In this document: one piece after another, positions 5,643-6,447 of the stretch
Layout: each line of letters starts with the position of its first letter
How positions within the stretch are numbered: position 1 is the first letter of the stretch
IMG/VR virus record: IMGVR_UViG_2690316121_000004
Span: 1-6,447 of that record
Source: a virus
Lineage: Duplodnaviria > Heunggongvirae > Uroviricota > Caudoviricetes
Strand: one strand, 5' to 3'
DNA length: 6,447 nt
Notes under the pieces: model-generated
Seen by the model: the letters and a program-made list of their open reading frames with translations, nothing else
The model's database searches: none
What the model was told of the DNA's origin: nothing
Made by a program: the position numbers and the translations under genes

Positions 5643-6340
5643 AAAACATCGCCGCACAGATGGTTAACTTTGACTGTGAGCAGATGCGCCGGATCGCCAA
5701 CAACATGCCGGAACAGTACGACGAAAAGCCGCAGGTACAGCAGGTAGCGCAGATCATCAACGGTGTGTTCAGCCAGTTACTGGCAACTTTCCCGGCGAGT
5801 CTGGCTAACCGTGACCAGAACGAACTGAACGAAATCCGCCGCCAGTGGGTTCTGGCTTTCCGGGAAAACGGGATCACCACAATGGAACAGGTTAACGCAG
5901 GAATGCGCGTAGCCCGTCGGCAGAATCGACCATTTCTGCCATCACCCGGGCAGTTTGTTGCATGGTGCCGGGAAGAAGCATCCGTTATCGCCGGACTGCC
6001 AAACGTCAGCGAGCTGGTTGATATGGTTTACGAGTATTGCCGGAAGCGTGGTCTGTATCCAGATGCAGAGTCTTATCCGTGGAAATCAAACGCGCACTAC
6101 TGGCTGGTTACCAACCTGTATCAGAACATGCGGGCCAATGCGCTTACTGATGCGGAATTACGCCGTAAGGCCGCAGATGAGCTTGTCCATATGACTGCGA
6201 GAATTAACCGTGGTGAGGCGATCCCTGAACCAGTAAAACAACTTCCTGTCATGGGCGGTAGACCTCTAAATCGTGCACAGGCTCTGGCGAAGATCGCAGA
6301 AATCAAAGCTAAGTTCGGACTGAAAGGAGCAAGTGTATGA
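5639..6340 (+). CDS. P: P replication protein (DnaB helicase loader), lambda type (233 aa)
   Basis: Full-length, near-identical to lambda P. The start overlaps the O stop. Confidence 0.95.
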   Translation: MKNIAAQMVNFDCEQMRRIANNMPEQYDEKPQVQQVAQIINGVFSQLLATFPASLANRDQNELNEIRRQWVLAFRENGITTMEQVNAGMRVARRQNRPFLPSPGQFVAWCREEASVIAGLPNVSELVDMVYEYCRKRGLYPDAESYPWKSNAHYWLVTNLYQNMRANALTDAELRRKAADELVHMTARINRGEAIPEPVKQLPVMGGRPLNRAQALAKIAEIKAKFGLKGASV

Positions 6341-6447
6341 CGGGCAAAGAGGCAATTATTCATTACCTGGGGACGCATAATAGCTTCTGTGCGCCGGACG
6401 TTGCCGCGTTAACAGGCGCAACAGTAACCAGCATAAATCAGGCCGCG
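6338..6447 (+). CDS. ren: ren (Rex-exclusion resistance), 5' end only; runs off the window
   Basis: Translation MTGKEAIIHYLGTHNSFCAPDVAALTGATVTSINQAA matches the lambda Ren N-terminus. The ATG overlaps the P stop. Confidence 0.85.

Noticed and set aside
5060-6378. Multiple overlapping ORFs on both strands within O and P (5060..5329, 5164..5373, 5273..5614, 5373..5567, 5551..5880, 5955..6194, 6121..6378)
   Set aside because: Shadow ORFs in GC-richer coding sequence; O and P explain the region and are conserved with lambda.

Overview
This window is the immunity and early-regulatory core of a lambda-like (lambdoid) prophage, in the order ea10 - [inserted membrane-protein gene] - ral (disrupted) - orf28 - N - nutL - pL/OL - terminator - [332-aa gene in the rexAB slot] - cI - pRM/OR/pR - cro - nutR - pRE - cII - oop - O (with ori iterons, frameshifted) - P - ren (5' end). 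The cI repressor, Cro, operators, oop, O, P and ren are near-identical to phage lambda. The element is mosaic: N and both nut boxB hairpins are P22-type (gene 24-like), and the N-terminal four-fifths of cII is divergent. The main candidate for an undescribed system is a single 332-aa membrane-anchored protein that exactly replaces rexA-rexB, the classic cI-linked exclusion slot. A second accessory gene (149 aa, two predicted transmembrane helices) lies between ea10 and ral, flanked by 16-bp direct repeats. ral carries an internal out-of-frame deletion and O carries a 1-nt frameshift, so the prophage may be replication-defective. All comparisons to lambda and P22 are from memory of those sequences, not from a database search; coordinates and translations were read directly from the window.
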